From NCBI GenBank assembly GCA_965207065.1, contig OZ242260.1, positions 2,304,001-2,368,000 on the forward strand: a DNA stretch of 64,000 bases. The letters run 5' to 3'. Positions 1 through 10,987 of this stretch are shown here, piece after piece (position 1 is the stretch's first letter; each line of letters begins with the position of its first letter). The translations under genes and the position numbers were made by a program. Origin of the DNA: a bacterium. GTDB lineage: Bacteria; UBA8248. The notes under the pieces were generated by a model. It worked only from the letters and a program-made list of their open reading frames with translations. It searched no databases and had not been told where the DNA came from.

Positions 1-291
1 GGTCGTCTCCCGTCCGGGAGAGTTGCTTTCGGTGAATCCACGCATCTCCCGTCATGGTGAGGAACGCGCCCGCGAATGTCCGGGAGGGATTTGGGTTTGC
101 GATTTCCCGTCGGTTCGCCCTGGAATTTCATGCGGCACAAAAACCAGACACGGCGGCTTGAGAGTCGCCGCATGTTCAGTCCGCAGCGAACTCGCAGGGG
201 CCTTGGGAGAGGGGTTGGACTTTCTCTTGCGCGAAGGCTCCATTTTTTCTTCGAATCGACCGGCTTACACAACGAGAACAGGGGGCCAACC

Positions 292-1329
292 ATGAAATCC
301 AGAGTATTGCTTATCTTCGTTTTGACTCTCGCTATCGGGGCGTCAGCGCTCGTATCCCTCCCCGGCAAGGCCGATGCCGCCTGCAGTGTCCGCATCGGCG
401 ACCTGAACTGGGACAGCGCCAACTTTCACGATCAGGTGACCGCGTTCATCCTGGAGCACGGCTACGGCTGCCGGGTGCGGCTCATCTACGGCGGCACGCT
501 GCCGATCATGACGGCCCACTACGAGGGCAAGAACGACATTGTCATGGAGCTTTGGTACGACAACGTGAAGGCGCAGTATGACCCCGCCATGAAGAGCGGC
601 AAGGTCAAACAAGTAGGGGTCAACACGCCCGACAGCATACAGGGCTGGTTCATCCCGCGCTTCGTCCAGAAGGCGAATCCGGGTCTCAAGTCGGTCTTCG
701 ACCTGCCCAAATACAAGCATCTCTTCAAGGACCCCGAAGAACCCTCCAAAGGCCGGTTCGTGAACTGCATCCCAGGCTGGTCCTGCGAGGTCATCAACAC
801 GGTGAAGCTGCGCGCCTACGGGCTGGAAAAACACTTCACCAATTTCCGGCCCGGCTCGGGCGGCGCGCTCGCGGCGGCCATCAAGGGCGCGTATCTCAAG
901 AAAAAACCCGTACTCGCCTATTACTGGGCGCCGACGCCGCTCCTGGGACAACTCGATCTCGTCCAGCTCGAAGAGCCTGCATGGAACGAGGCCGACTGGA
1001 ACGTTGTAGTGAAACACATGGACGCGCTCAAGAAGGGCGGAATGGAGGCTTTGGGGAACCCGAAGAAAGCGACAGCCTACCGGACGGCGGAACTGCCGAA
1101 ATCGGTCACGACAAAGTTCGCGGCCAAGCATCCCGAGATCGTCGCCTTCATCGAGAAATACACGCTCCCGTCGAAAGAGGTCTCAAAGATGCTGGCCTAT
1201 CTCGAGACCAAGGCCGGCGGCGACGCCAAAACCACCGCTATCCATTTCCTGAAGACCAACAAGGTCTGGAAGAAGTGGGTTCCGGCCGACGTCGCGAAAA
1301 AGATCGAGGAGGCGCTCAAATCTGCGTAA
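292..1329 (+). CDS. proX: Glycine betaine/proline-type ABC transporter substrate-binding protein
   Basis: Signal peptide MKSRVLLIFVLTLAIG after a purine-rich stretch; ProX/OpuAC-like motifs (NWDSA, ELWYDN, GWFIPR, CIPGWSC, YYWAPT); followed by permease and ATPase. Start moved from ORF-track 76 to ATG 292. Confidence 0.85.
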   Translation: MKSRVLLIFVLTLAIGASALVSLPGKADAACSVRIGDLNWDSANFHDQVTAFILEHGYGCRVRLIYGGTLPIMTAHYEGKNDIVMELWYDNVKAQYDPAMKSGKVKQVGVNTPDSIQGWFIPRFVQKANPGLKSVFDLPKYKHLFKDPEEPSKGRFVNCIPGWSCEVINTVKLRAYGLEKHFTNFRPGSGGALAAAIKGAYLKKKPVLAYYWAPTPLLGQLDLVQLEEPAWNEADWNVVVKHMDALKKGGMEALGNPKKATAYRTAELPKSVTTKFAAKHPEIVAFIEKYTLPSKEVSKMLAYLETKAGGDAKTTAIHFLKTNKVWKKWVPADVAKKIEEALKSA

Positions 1330-1390
1330 GCCGCGCCCGCGCGATGCTTTTCACTCGTGAAGCAGCGTTAAATCCCGGGGAGGTCCGCCC

Positions 1391-2299
1391 ATGATGAACT
1401 TAATCCGCGGACTGTTCCCGGAGTGGGCGGTCGAGTGGCCAAAGAATCTCAACCTGCCGCTCAACAAGTGGACCAACGATTTCGTGGAGTGGCTGGTCAC
1501 CGAGTACGGGGTCATCTTCGAGACCGCCTCGGACGCCATACTCGTGGTGCTGGTGGGCCTGGAGCGCTTCCTGCGCGACCTCCCGTGGGTTGTCGTATTC
1601 CTCGGCGTGGGAGCGGTCACATTCTATTCCAGCGGGCGCAAATGGGGCCTGACCGCGCTCGTGGCCGCCTGCATGTTCTTCATCGGTCTCACCGATCCCA
1701 GGCTCTGGGACTTGTCGATGATGACCCTTTCGGTGATGCTTGTCTCCACCCTCATCTGCATCGGAGTTGGCGTTCCGGTCGGCATCGCGATATCGAGAAA
1801 CGACCGGATGCGCGACATGGTGCTGCCCGCACTCGACCTGATGCAGACCATGCCGAGCTTCGTCTATCTCATTCCGGCGATCATGCTCTTCGGCCTGGGC
1901 GCGGTGCCCGCCGTCTTCGCCACGGTGATCTACGCCATCCCGCCGGTGATACGCCTGACCGACCTGGGCATCCGCCTGGTGGATGAGGACATCGTCGAAG
2001 CTTCCGACGCCATGGGCGCGAGCAAGAGGCAGAAGCTCCTTCGCGTGCAGATACCGATGGCGCTGCCCAACATCATGCAGGGGGTCAACCAGACGACGAT
2101 GATGGCGCTCGCGATGGTGGTGATCGCCTCAATGATCGGAACGCGGGGGCTTGGCACCGAGGTGCTCATCGGCCTCCAGCAGCTCAACGTCGGCCGCGCG
2201 CTCGAGGCCGGCGTGGCCATCGTGCTGCTCGCCATCGTCATGGACCGCGTCACACAGGCCTACGGCGGGCGCTTCATCCGCATGGACGGGAGGGGCTGA
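1391..2299 (+). CDS. proW: Glycine betaine/proline ABC transporter permease
   Basis: Hydrophobic protein with LDLMQTMPSFVYLIP, EAA-like loop (EASDAMGAS) and GVNQTTMMALAMVVIASMIG typical of ProW. Confidence 0.9.
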   Translation: MMNLIRGLFPEWAVEWPKNLNLPLNKWTNDFVEWLVTEYGVIFETASDAILVVLVGLERFLRDLPWVVVFLGVGAVTFYSSGRKWGLTALVAACMFFIGLTDPRLWDLSMMTLSVMLVSTLICIGVGVPVGIAISRNDRMRDMVLPALDLMQTMPSFVYLIPAIMLFGLGAVPAVFATVIYAIPPVIRLTDLGIRLVDEDIVEASDAMGASKRQKLLRVQIPMALPNIMQGVNQTTMMALAMVVIASMIGTRGLGTEVLIGLQQLNVGRALEAGVAIVLLAIVMDRVTQAYGGRFIRMDGRG

Positions 2300-2303
2300 G
2301 CCG

Positions 2304-3332
2304 ATGGCGCTGATCGAGGTGCGAAACGTCTACAAGATATTCGGAACGGGACGCGCGCTGGACACGGCGCTCGAAATGGCCCAAACGGGAGTCGAGAAGA
2401 ACGACGTGCTGGTCGAGACCGGCTGCACCCTGGGCTTAAAGGACGTGAGCCTCTCCGTCGAGCGCGGCGAGATATTCGTGGTCATGGGCCTTTCGGGTTC
2501 GGGAAAATCTACCCTGATCCGCCACATCAACCGGCTGATCGACCCGACGACGGGCCAGATACTCGTCGACGGGCGGGACGTTCTCGAATTCTCGACCGAG
2601 GAGTTGCTCGCCTTCCGGCGGGGCGCCGTGAGCATGGTCTTTCAGCGTTTCGCGCTCTTTCCGCACTTGACGGTCATTGAGAACGTGGGCTACGGCCTGG
2701 AAGTCCAGGGGGTGGAACCTGCCGAGCGGCGCCGGCGCGCGATGCGGTGGATAGAGGACGTGGGCCTCATCGGCTATGAAAACGCCTACCCGGCCCAGCT
2801 ATCGGGCGGCATGCAGCAGCGCGTGGGTCTGTCGCGCGCGCTGTGCACGGACCCCGAGATTCTCCTCATGGACGAGCCATTCAGCGCCCTGGATCCGCTG
2901 ATCCGCAAGCAGATGCAGGAACACCTCATCGCGCTCCAGCGCGACCTCAAGAAGACCATCGTCTTCATCACTCATGATCTGGACGAGGCGCTCAAGCTGG
3001 GCGATGACGTCGCCATCCTGAAGGACGGCGTGATCGACCAGATAGGCGGGCCGGAGGAGATTCTGCTCAACCCTGCCACCGAATACGTGCGCGAGTTCGT
3101 GCGCGACGTGAAGCGGGGCCGCGTGGTGACGGCGGCCTCCATCATGACGCCGCCGTGCAGCGAGACCACCGGTCCGGTCGTATCGCGCGACACCGTGCTT
3201 CAGGACGCGCTGCCCAAATCCATCGCGAGCGACGCGCCGCTTCGGGTGGTTGACGATGCGGGCGCCGTCGTCGGCGCTCTCTCCCGCGAGACCCTCCTTC
3301 GCGGACTGGCGGACCATTCCGGGAAGGCGTGA
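2304..3332 (+). CDS. proV: Glycine betaine/proline ABC transporter ATP-binding subunit
   Basis: Walker A GLSGSGKS, signature LSGGMQQRVG, Walker B LLMDEPFSALDP, degenerate CBS-like C-terminus; ATG 2304 after GGAGGGG. Confidence 0.9.
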   Translation: MALIEVRNVYKIFGTGRALDTALEMAQTGVEKNDVLVETGCTLGLKDVSLSVERGEIFVVMGLSGSGKSTLIRHINRLIDPTTGQILVDGRDVLEFSTEELLAFRRGAVSMVFQRFALFPHLTVIENVGYGLEVQGVEPAERRRRAMRWIEDVGLIGYENAYPAQLSGGMQQRVGLSRALCTDPEILLMDEPFSALDPLIRKQMQEHLIALQRDLKKTIVFITHDLDEALKLGDDVAILKDGVIDQIGGPEEILLNPATEYVREFVRDVKRGRVVTAASIMTPPCSETTGPVVSRDTVLQDALPKSIASDAPLRVVDDAGAVVGALSRETLLRGLADHSGKA

Positions 3333-3476
3333 GGCGGGGCTTCGCGCCTGCCCGGCGCTAGTCCCGCCAGGGAAGATGGTCCGGATCGGCCTCGCGAGCT
3401 CGTAAACTCTCGAATGCGCCTTGGTTTTCCCGATCCCGTATCGTCGATGTTTGTCCTTATCCGCCCACCGGCCTGC

Positions 3477-3563
3477 TCACATTCCTCGCGGCGCCGCGTA
3501 CGCGCCGTGAAGTTGAAAACCGTGTTTCGCCAAGTCGATACCCATGATGTGAACCTGATCCAT
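3477..3563 (-). pseudogene. IS110-family transposase N-terminal remnant
   Basis: Read by hand: MDQVHIMGIDLAKHGFQLHGAYAAPRGM* after GAGGGAGCAGG; GIDLAKxxFQLHG is the first RuvC-like motif of IS110 transposases. Confidence 0.65.
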
Positions 3564-3759
3564 CCTGCTCCCTCTGCAAAGCGGAAAGCAGGGCCGTGCT
3601 GCAACGGTGTGTTACGACCGGAATAGGTCGTCTACCCTGTCGGGAGCGGAAGATACTGGGTTGTGCTCGACGTTGCGGTGACGAGCGCGGCGATGGGCGC
3701 TCGGAAGATATAGCGGGCGGCCAAACGCCCCCCAACTCCGCATCCATGATTGCCCCTCC

Positions 3760-4125
3760 CGGCAGCCGGTAATCCGCTTCGCTCAGGAACCGCTTTGCGA
3801 GATCAGACAGAGCGAGTTCCGCCACAAGCGGTCCGGGCGAGGGGTCTTCTCACGTCTTGATCTGGTCGATGACCGTGGCGGCCTTCTCCCTCGCCTCCTC
3901 ACGTGGCATCTCGCCGTGGCGACCAAGCGTCACACGCACAGGTCCCCGGGGAGCTCTCGACTGGACCACGTAGGTCTTACGGCCAGTCGCGTGGACGCGC
4001 ACCCCGAAGCCCGCCGGCTCTCGGTCCCGGAAGAGGGCGTCCCCCGCACCGATCTCCAGGAAGTCGACGTCGCACTTGGTGAGCCTGCGTTCGCTTCGTT
4101 TCTGAATATTCCCTTCCCGATCCAT
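3760..4125 (-). pseudogene. Truncated phage/ICE-type tyrosine integrase (Arm DNA-binding domain only)
   Basis: RLTKCDVD...FRDREPAGFGVRVHATGRKTYVVQSR...VTLGRHGEMPREEAREKAA; stop at 3850; brief continuation LSDLAKRFLSE; no catalytic domain. Confidence 0.7.
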
Positions 4126-4541
4126 TGTAATCAAATCGCGAACGTACCACGTTAATCCGGAGCGAATTCCAGCATTAGCATGACGGAAAGGCAAGCGGAA
4201 AACAGACAGGAAAAAACGCATTTATGTGGGATTAACATGAATTTGTATACGGAAGCGCCATTGTCGTAAGGATGGATCATGAACCATGTATCTCCCTTCT
4301 CAGTCGGAACTGACTTCATCAGTCGCGTCAATCGCTCCTTTATTAATCATGAAATCCTCCCTGGTTTTTTTCACCACAGGAAGTGAAGTTATAAATATCT
4401 GTACTTATATCGATTATATCATTTATTGTTCATTCTTGGGCCATGCAAGAAATGCACATTTCAAAGCTTGTAATCAAAACGAAAGCGGACTCATTACAAC
4501 CCCCGCGAATCCATTCGAACGAATGTCGATCAAAATCGGCG

Positions 4542-5331
4542 GCCGGGTAGGCGGGGTCGTTGTCGAGCCCCGCCCCCCACAGACCCGAGCGTGCGCGATT
4601 TACGCACTCGGTTCCTCACCTGACAGGTTCGCTCAAGAAGCTCGAATGCTTCCTCGCCTGTTCGGCTATCCACTGATGTTTCGTGTACGTGTTTGTGGAA
4701 CTCAGGGTTTCCTCCAACGTTTCCCATCAGTGGCTCTGTACAGATGACGCCCCGCTTCCCTCCAGCGGGTCCCGGTGGCCACGGTTCCCCGCCTTCAGCG
4801 GTACTATCAAGGCGCTACGACTTCCTGCCCTCGCAACTCCTTCGGCTTATTGTTTTCGCCAGCCGGTTCCGCGGGCGCCTGCCGGGTTCGTGTCCGCCCT
4901 GGGGCGCTCCCGCCGCCGTGCAGGTCCGGCGTCGGGCCGGGGTCTGGATTGTTCACGCCGGTCGTCCCCTTTCCAGCGTTCTTGCCCACGGGCAAGAGCA
5001 GGATCTCCCAGGTTCCCTGGCGACCCATCCCCGTAACTTTGCGCCGGTCCACGACCCCGGACGACCCGTTGCCCCTCGCCAATAGCGGCGCTTCCGGTGC
5101 TGCCCCCACACGATTAACAATGAGTGCGTCGTCGATTCACCGATTTCGAGGCTTACCCCGCCGCTTCATCACCTGCTGTCTTCGCTTCACGACGCGCGTT
5201 GCCGCACGCCACGTAAGACTCGCTTCCGGCTGGCCGGCTTCGCCTTTGCCGGGCGGGAGTCGAACCCGCTGCGTCACTACGAGAGGTTTCAGGTCATGGC
5301 GTCCTCCTCTCCAGGGCTTAGCCTGGCGCAA
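4542..5331 (-). mobile_element. ORF-less group II intron (about 790 nt) with internally deleted intron-encoded protein
   Basis: Minus strand starts TTGCGCCAGGCTAA; domain V GAGGAACCGAGTGCGTAAATCGCGCACGCTCGGGTCTGTGGGG and domain VI GGCGGGG...CCCCGCCTACCCGGC; only a 33-codon IEP stub (4616-4717) in domain IV. Confidence 0.85.
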
Positions 5332-5344
5332 TATCCGTTCATCC

Positions 5345-5773
5345 GGGCCGTGATGGAGGCCGGCTTAAGCTGTTGAGAGTTCGTTTCCAGTTTTTCCTGA
5401 GGGAATGGAGCCGGATATCCTTTTCCGGTTGTGCGCGCCTCGTGTATCTGTCTTAGCGTCCACGTCCCTGTGTGGTTCCGACGTGAATCCATCCCGATGC
5501 CCTGTAGACGGCGCCGGTGTAGCGGGACGTCTCGACGAAGGTCTCGATGAGGACGGGGGTCGTGCCATAGCGTTCGGTCCAGTCTCCGGGCAGGCGTCTG
5601 CGGATGATGGCGAGGAGGTGCGAGCCGAGGTTGGGGATTTTGATCCATGGCAGGATGAGGAACCTCGGGTGGTCGTCCACGAGGAGGAGGCTCTTTTCGC
5701 GCAACTTGGGTATCCAGCCGATGAAGCTGTCGCGCGGGGTGAGCTTCCACGCAGCGTTGCTGTAACCGAGCAT
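5345..5773 (-). pseudogene. DUF4338-family protein C-terminal remnant
   Basis: AAWKLTPRDSFIGW...PRFLILPWIKIPNLGSHLL...DWTERYGTTPVLIETFVE...YRASGWIHVGTTQGRGR; in-frame stop at 5453; N-terminus missing. Confidence 0.75.
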
Positions 5774-5789
5774 GGCGGGGGGGGCTTCT

Positions 5790-6000
5790 GTCGCGGTCAT
5801 GGACCTCGAGGTGAAAGACGGCGAGTTCATGGCGTTGGGTCCATCGGGCTGTGGGATGACCACCACGTTTAAAATGGTTCTGGGCTTCGAGAAACCCGCG
5901 AGCGGCACGATGATGATTGATGATCGCATGGTGAGACAATTCGAGCCGGGTGACATAGGCTTGGGTATGGCGCACCAATATCTCGCGTTCTTTTCCAACC
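5790..6000 (+). pseudogene. MalK-like sugar ABC ATPase N-terminal fragment
   Basis: DLEVKDGEFMALGPSGCGMTTT is a damaged Walker A (GPSGCGKTT); truncated; upstream of a sugar permease. Confidence 0.6.
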
Positions 6001-6162
6001 GAGACCATCGCCTTCTTCCTCTGGCGGTAGGTCCGACAGTTCAATAAGTACGGCTTCGGCGCGGCCGCCAATATCCTTTTGCCTTATGTTCGGAACACTG
6101 ATATATCATAGTAGTTATCTGCTCGTTCGGGAGTGGTCCATCGTCGAATTGGAGCGTATGAC

Positions 6163-7131
6163 ATGGTGAACGAGGCCGACAGGCGCGCGGAGATGTCATT
6201 CGCCAGGCGCTACAACCTCTTCTTCTGGTTCCGCCACGCAGCACTTCTGGGCTGGGCGGCCATGATCATGTTCCCGATATTCTGGATGGTTTCCACTTCC
6301 TTCAAGGATTCGGGCGATTGGTTGGCCTGGCCGCCGAACTGGTTTCCGAGCTTCCTCGGCGGAGGATACGAACCCACCCTGCACAACTACCGGCAGATTT
6401 TCAGTGTGGTCGGACACGGTGAAGGCCTCAGCCGCGATGTTACCGAGCAGGCCTTCACGATTTGGGCAGCGGTGCGCGATTCTATGGTCGTCTCCTCCAT
6501 CAGCGCGCTGGTCGCGCTCCTGCTGGGCACGTTCCTGGCCTACTCGATTTCGCGCTTCAACGTGGGCGGCAAGTATTTCCGCTATATGATCCTGACCATC
6601 CGCATGGTCCCGCCCATCATCATCGCGATTCCCGTCGTGATGTACTACGCCATAATGATTCCGTTCGCGACCCAGACGGTTCTCGGCTACCGGATCAGCA
6701 TGATCGACTCCTACACCGGCCTGTGCCTTCTCTACATAGCGACCACGCTGCCGTTCGTCATCTGGATGATGCTGAACTTCATCGAGGAGATTCCCAAGAC
6801 CATCGAACACGCCGCGCAAATCATGGGCGCGGGCCGCATCTACACGCTTCGCCGCGTCGTGATGCCCCTGGTCGCTCCGGGCATGGTGGTGACATTCCTG
6901 TTCATCTTCATCCTGAACTGGAGCGAGTTCCTGCTCGCGCTGACGCTGACCCAGCCGAGGGTCGTCACGCTGCCCATCCTGCTCAACAAGTTCCAGAGCG
7001 CGGTGGAGGGGAGGCTCTACGGACCGCAGGCGGCCATAGGAACCGTCATTACCATCCCCGTGGTTATGCTAGGCGTCCTGATCCAGAAGCACCTCATCAC
7101 AGGCTTCAGCTTCGGCACCATCCGCAAGTAA
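6163..7131 (+). CDS. Carbohydrate ABC transporter permease (MalG-like)
   Basis: FPIFWMVSTSFK, PTLHNY, EAA loop EHAAQIMGAG, FILNWSEFL, C-terminal QKHLITG; start 6163 or 6193. Confidence 0.85.
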   Translation: MVNEADRRAEMSFARRYNLFFWFRHAALLGWAAMIMFPIFWMVSTSFKDSGDWLAWPPNWFPSFLGGGYEPTLHNYRQIFSVVGHGEGLSRDVTEQAFTIWAAVRDSMVVSSISALVALLLGTFLAYSISRFNVGGKYFRYMILTIRMVPPIIIAIPVVMYYAIMIPFATQTVLGYRISMIDSYTGLCLLYIATTLPFVIWMMLNFIEEIPKTIEHAAQIMGAGRIYTLRRVVMPLVAPGMVVTFLFIFILNWSEFLLALTLTQPRVVTLPILLNKFQSAVEGRLYGPQAAIGTVITIPVVMLGVLIQKHLITGFSFGTIRK

Positions 7132-7356
7132 CGCCTCGCGCCAATGCGGGCGAATTCGCACAATTGCGGAGGAACCGGAAAACTTCTTTTTGGGTACATA
7201 TCTGAATATAGGACGCTTAAATTTATGATGAATTCTTCTTGCCTTGCGCGAGGACATTGCCAGCCTCCGCCCATGCTGCATATCCCCTCATCCGGAGAAT
7301 AAGGGAGCGCCGTCCCGTGCGAGTGTACGGGTGAATTCCGTGCGCGGGGGCGTACA

Positions 7357-8373
7357 TCAGTCCGCTTTGACCGCGCTGCCCGCATCGGGCCTGAGTGTTG
7401 CGGGCGTAAGCGCATCGAAGATGCCCCTGAAGTTTCCGCTGGAGCCGTCATCTTCAGCGAAGTGAACATCGCTCGATTCGACTACACGGCGGGGATGGCC
7501 GTTTGCGTCCGGAACGTTCGAGAACTGACCTCGCCACGTTCCAGCGGTTTACGTGATTTTGCGTTCGGGGTGCGTGATGGTGATCTCTGTATCCTCGAAT
7601 GCGCCCTTCACGTCAAAGGATGCGGAAAAACGAAGGTCGTAGTCGGCAGGTGACGCCTCAGGATCCGGACCCTGCCAGGGCACGACCGGAAAGAGGTGGC
7701 GGCCGGGCGCGGTCTCGATCTGCGCGGAACACCCAAGACAACCGCTGATGCGCCTGCCGGCGAAGTCGGCGGTCAACGATATGGTCCCCGCGAATTCGGT
7801 GTACTCCGAACTACCGGCCAACTCGCCCCAGTTGCGGCCGTAGTTGTAAGTGTACAGGCCATCACTGCCGCCGACATAGGTGGCCGTCCCGGTCAGGGGG
7901 CGGTCTTGAGGGGTCGATTTCGGGGCCATCGAGGAAGAGCCGCGCGTGGCGTAATCGACTGCATAATAGGGTGCGCCGGCTTGATAGACCAGCCACCATC
8001 CGGCCGCGAGATAGTCGGCAGGGTCGTCGTCGTTCCACGAGACGACCGTGTAGAGCAGAATCTTGCCGTCGTAGTGGTTTTCCGCCAGTAGCCATTCACG
8101 GCTGGAATGGCCGGGTTGCAAAGGTCGAGGGAGGTAAAGCCCCCATGAGTTTTCGTAGTGTCTGACGGTATCGAGCGTGCGGGTGCGGCCGTCGTGGTAG
8201 CGCACGTCGATACTGAGAACGTTGTCGACGAAGGTCGTCCGCGTGCGAAACGGTTGGGGTGTGGGCGTGAGCGTAGGCGTCGGGAGTGGAGGCGTAGAGG
8301 AAAAACCGCCACCGAAACAGCCCGCCGTCAGCGTCGTAACCAGTAACAGGGCAATCATTGTCAGAAGTTTCAT
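7357..8373 (-). pseudogene. Beta-rich lipoprotein (transferrin-binding-protein-like fold, tentative), disrupted
   Basis: Lipobox LTAGC, Pro/Thr linker, DYLAAGWWL, GTATYVG, LTADFA; TAA at 7549-7551 with in-frame continuation TAGTWRGQFSNVPD...AVKAD* to 7357; short apparently frameshifted patch near 7900-7945 (FLDGPEIDPS lies in another frame). Confidence 0.6.
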
Positions 8374-9083
8374 ATACAGTCCTTTGCACGAAATGCGCAG
8401 GGGAAAACAGACTTTTCAATCTCTTCCCCATCCGTTCCAAAAGAAGGAGCAACGCCTAGAATGACTAGGCCATGTCGAGTATGCGGCACTCTTGTACATG
8501 ACTGAAAGTCAAATATTTGTATTTTGTAATCGATTCGCAATCGGATTGATACCATGCCCTGACTTTGCAGTCGCGCGATTGCCTCCCATCTTTTGGATCC
8601 GTTCAGTCACAGGATGACGGCGTCCGCCTTGTTCATCACGGATTTTCGAAGAGATTCTCGCAAAGTGCTGATAACGCAATCCAGCATGAGGAATTTATGT
8701 CGGCATGAGATTTCGCGCAGAAGTTGCTCAGGCGGAGCTTTCGCTGGTCGATAGGCCGGAGGCCCGATGGACTCATCCCTCCGAGACACCCTCATTCAGG
8801 GAGCCGGACCGGCGTTCGTTGTTCCAGCGCACGACTCCGTTCATTTTTCCTCTTCCGATCCGAGGTTCATAATTGTATTTCAGGAGCCGCCGTGCAAGAT
8901 TGATCGAAAGATAGCAGTTCACCTCTCCTGGGAATCGGATCATGCGCGTCTGTTGCGCCAGCGCAGTTCACGCGGTACTGGAGGCCTCCATTGAAGATTC
9001 CCGCCCTGTAGGAAGACTCATGATTCGCCCAAGGCAAGTCAGCGTTCGCGCGTGAGAGGTTGCCCGATTCATTTTTGTTCTCC

Positions 9084-9517
9084 GCGATGCGTTGAGCATC
9101 CTGTCGCTCGTACACGCACTACTCGACGGGTTTCAGAGAATCAGGGTGTGTACTGGCCTGTTCCCGGCCGTTGCGGATTGGTGCTGCCTCATCACGAGTA
9201 CAGACAATATGTAGGAGAACGGGTCGCTCATCAAGGATTGGTTCTCGGACGTCACATGCCATTACAGCGTATATGGGGCTGCTTCCCTCGAATGGCAAAT
9301 CGCCGGCGAGAAGACCGCGCGTGAACTCGCGCACATGTTCGTCGAGCAGTTTCCGGAGATGGCGGCGCAAGGAACGGGACACGATTTGGTCTATGCGGAA
9401 TGGTTTGCCGGGATGATGGCCACCGCCGATACCGGCGGACTGCCGGCATATTTCGCGGTCTTCGAGTTCGACCTTTCCTATGTTTCCGTCCCGCCACCGC
9501 TATACGACATCTATTGA
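9084..9517 (+). pseudogene. Degraded hypothetical protein gene
   Basis: Coding-like frame RDALSILSLVHALLDGFQRIRV...DNM*ENG...ARELAHMFVEQFPEMAAQGTGHDLVYAEWFAGMM... with one internal TAG. Confidence 0.35.
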
Positions 9518-9613
9518 TTGAAGAACCTGCCATTTTCCGACGAACGTTTCTCATTCAGTCGTTTGAGAGGTTCCGGGTTCGCGGATACCGGAAACGAATA
9601 CACCTCGAACACC

Positions 9614-10674
9614 CTAGCGTTTTCCCTCTCTTCTCCACAGGCGGGCGCGGCGCATGAATACGGACGAATCCTCACGCCACCGCCTATACCCGATTCGCCG
9701 CCCGTCCGTCAGCCACTCTAACTTGCGGCTGATGCAGGCGGCCAGTGCGGCGTCCGGCGCGGCGAAAGCGAAACCGCCGTGTTCGGCCTCGGGGTCCAGG
9801 GCCGTGACCGCGAATTCGCCGCCTGAGGCGTGGGCCGCGTCACGGTTGCCTATTTCGCCTCACGCCACCGCATCTATCCGGCCGGCACGAAGGGCCGCCA
9901 TGAGTTCCGCCTCGCCGAGTTTCGAACCGAGGTAGGCCACCCGGGGCATGCCCATCGAGGGTGGCTCGATGGACAAGCGTCCCGCGAAGATCGGCGACGA
10001 GCCGGCGGCATCGATGACGTAGTCCCCGCTCCCGTCGGCCACCGCGTCGCTACGCGGTGTACGGACGCGGGCGCCGGCAGTAAGGATTCCTGAGGAACTC
10101 GCGAGACCCGTCAACGCCAGCAAGCGCGCCTCGCCCGTCGTTCCCGCAATGACGCCGACGCGGACGCTGCTCCCCAAGTCCTCATGCCTGCGGATGCGCC
10201 CGGCGTCTGCGGCACGCACCAGAAGCAACTGGCGGAACGCGATGTGCCCCGACGTAAAGACGACGGCCTCCTCCCAGCCGCATCGAGAGTTCGCGAATCG
10301 AGGATCGTGATGCCCCCGCCCACCATGTCGAACTGCGATCCGGCCGCGCGAAGCCAGATGTTCTTCCAAGACGCGATGCCGCGGCGGGAAAAAGAGAGGC
10401 CCGCGCCCTTCATCGCTTCGAGGGCGCTCAACAGATTCGACTCGTAGCCTAGATGGACGTGGGAGCCGGCGGAATTTGGAGCGGGGTCGGCGCTGTAGCT
10501 CACCGGTTTGAAGAAGGCATAGTATCCGAATATCAGAGGACGTCCATCACTCGTGCAAGCCACCGAAGGTGTGGCGAACGCGCCGACAGCGAGAACGAGA
10601 CAAACCATCGAGGCGCAGGCGGCGAGTGATGTCCGTCCGGGCAGGCGGGAAAACAGCGCAAGCATGCCTTTCAT
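9614..10674 (-). pseudogene. Polar amino-acid-type ABC substrate-binding protein, disrupted
   Basis: Signal peptide, YAFFKPVSY, FDMVGGGITILDSR; frameshift near 10272, then VGVIAGTTGE, ALRAGRIDAVA; in-frame stop at 9860, then GEIGNRDAA...FMRRARLWRREGKR*. Confidence 0.7.
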
Positions 10675-10987
10675 CCTTTCGGACGTAATGGAGTGGCGGC
10701 GAATTCGTGATGGAATCCTGCGCCTGAGAACGGCATTCTCGTATCATCCGCGCAATCGCCCAAGCGTCGAACCCGTACCATCTTTCGAATTCACCGGTTT
10801 CTCGACGTCATATCCGTCCCTCACATCCATTTCTTCACGTCGCTTGGTTTTGAGAGCGAATGAGAGTTTGGCCTTTTTCCAGAATGGTTTCGAATACTCT
10901 TCGAACCCAATTGTAACCCCGCTGTGATAAAATGCGGCGTACGCGGACGACGGATGGATCCCACAACAGCAGAAGGAAACGCAAGCC

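Noticed and set aside
5345-5773. Druantia defence system (DruA relates to DUF4338)
   Set aside because: Only a truncated fragment with an internal stop and no partner dru genes.
8607-8860. Possible small gene remnant on the minus strand
   Set aside because: Too short and degraded to assign a family.
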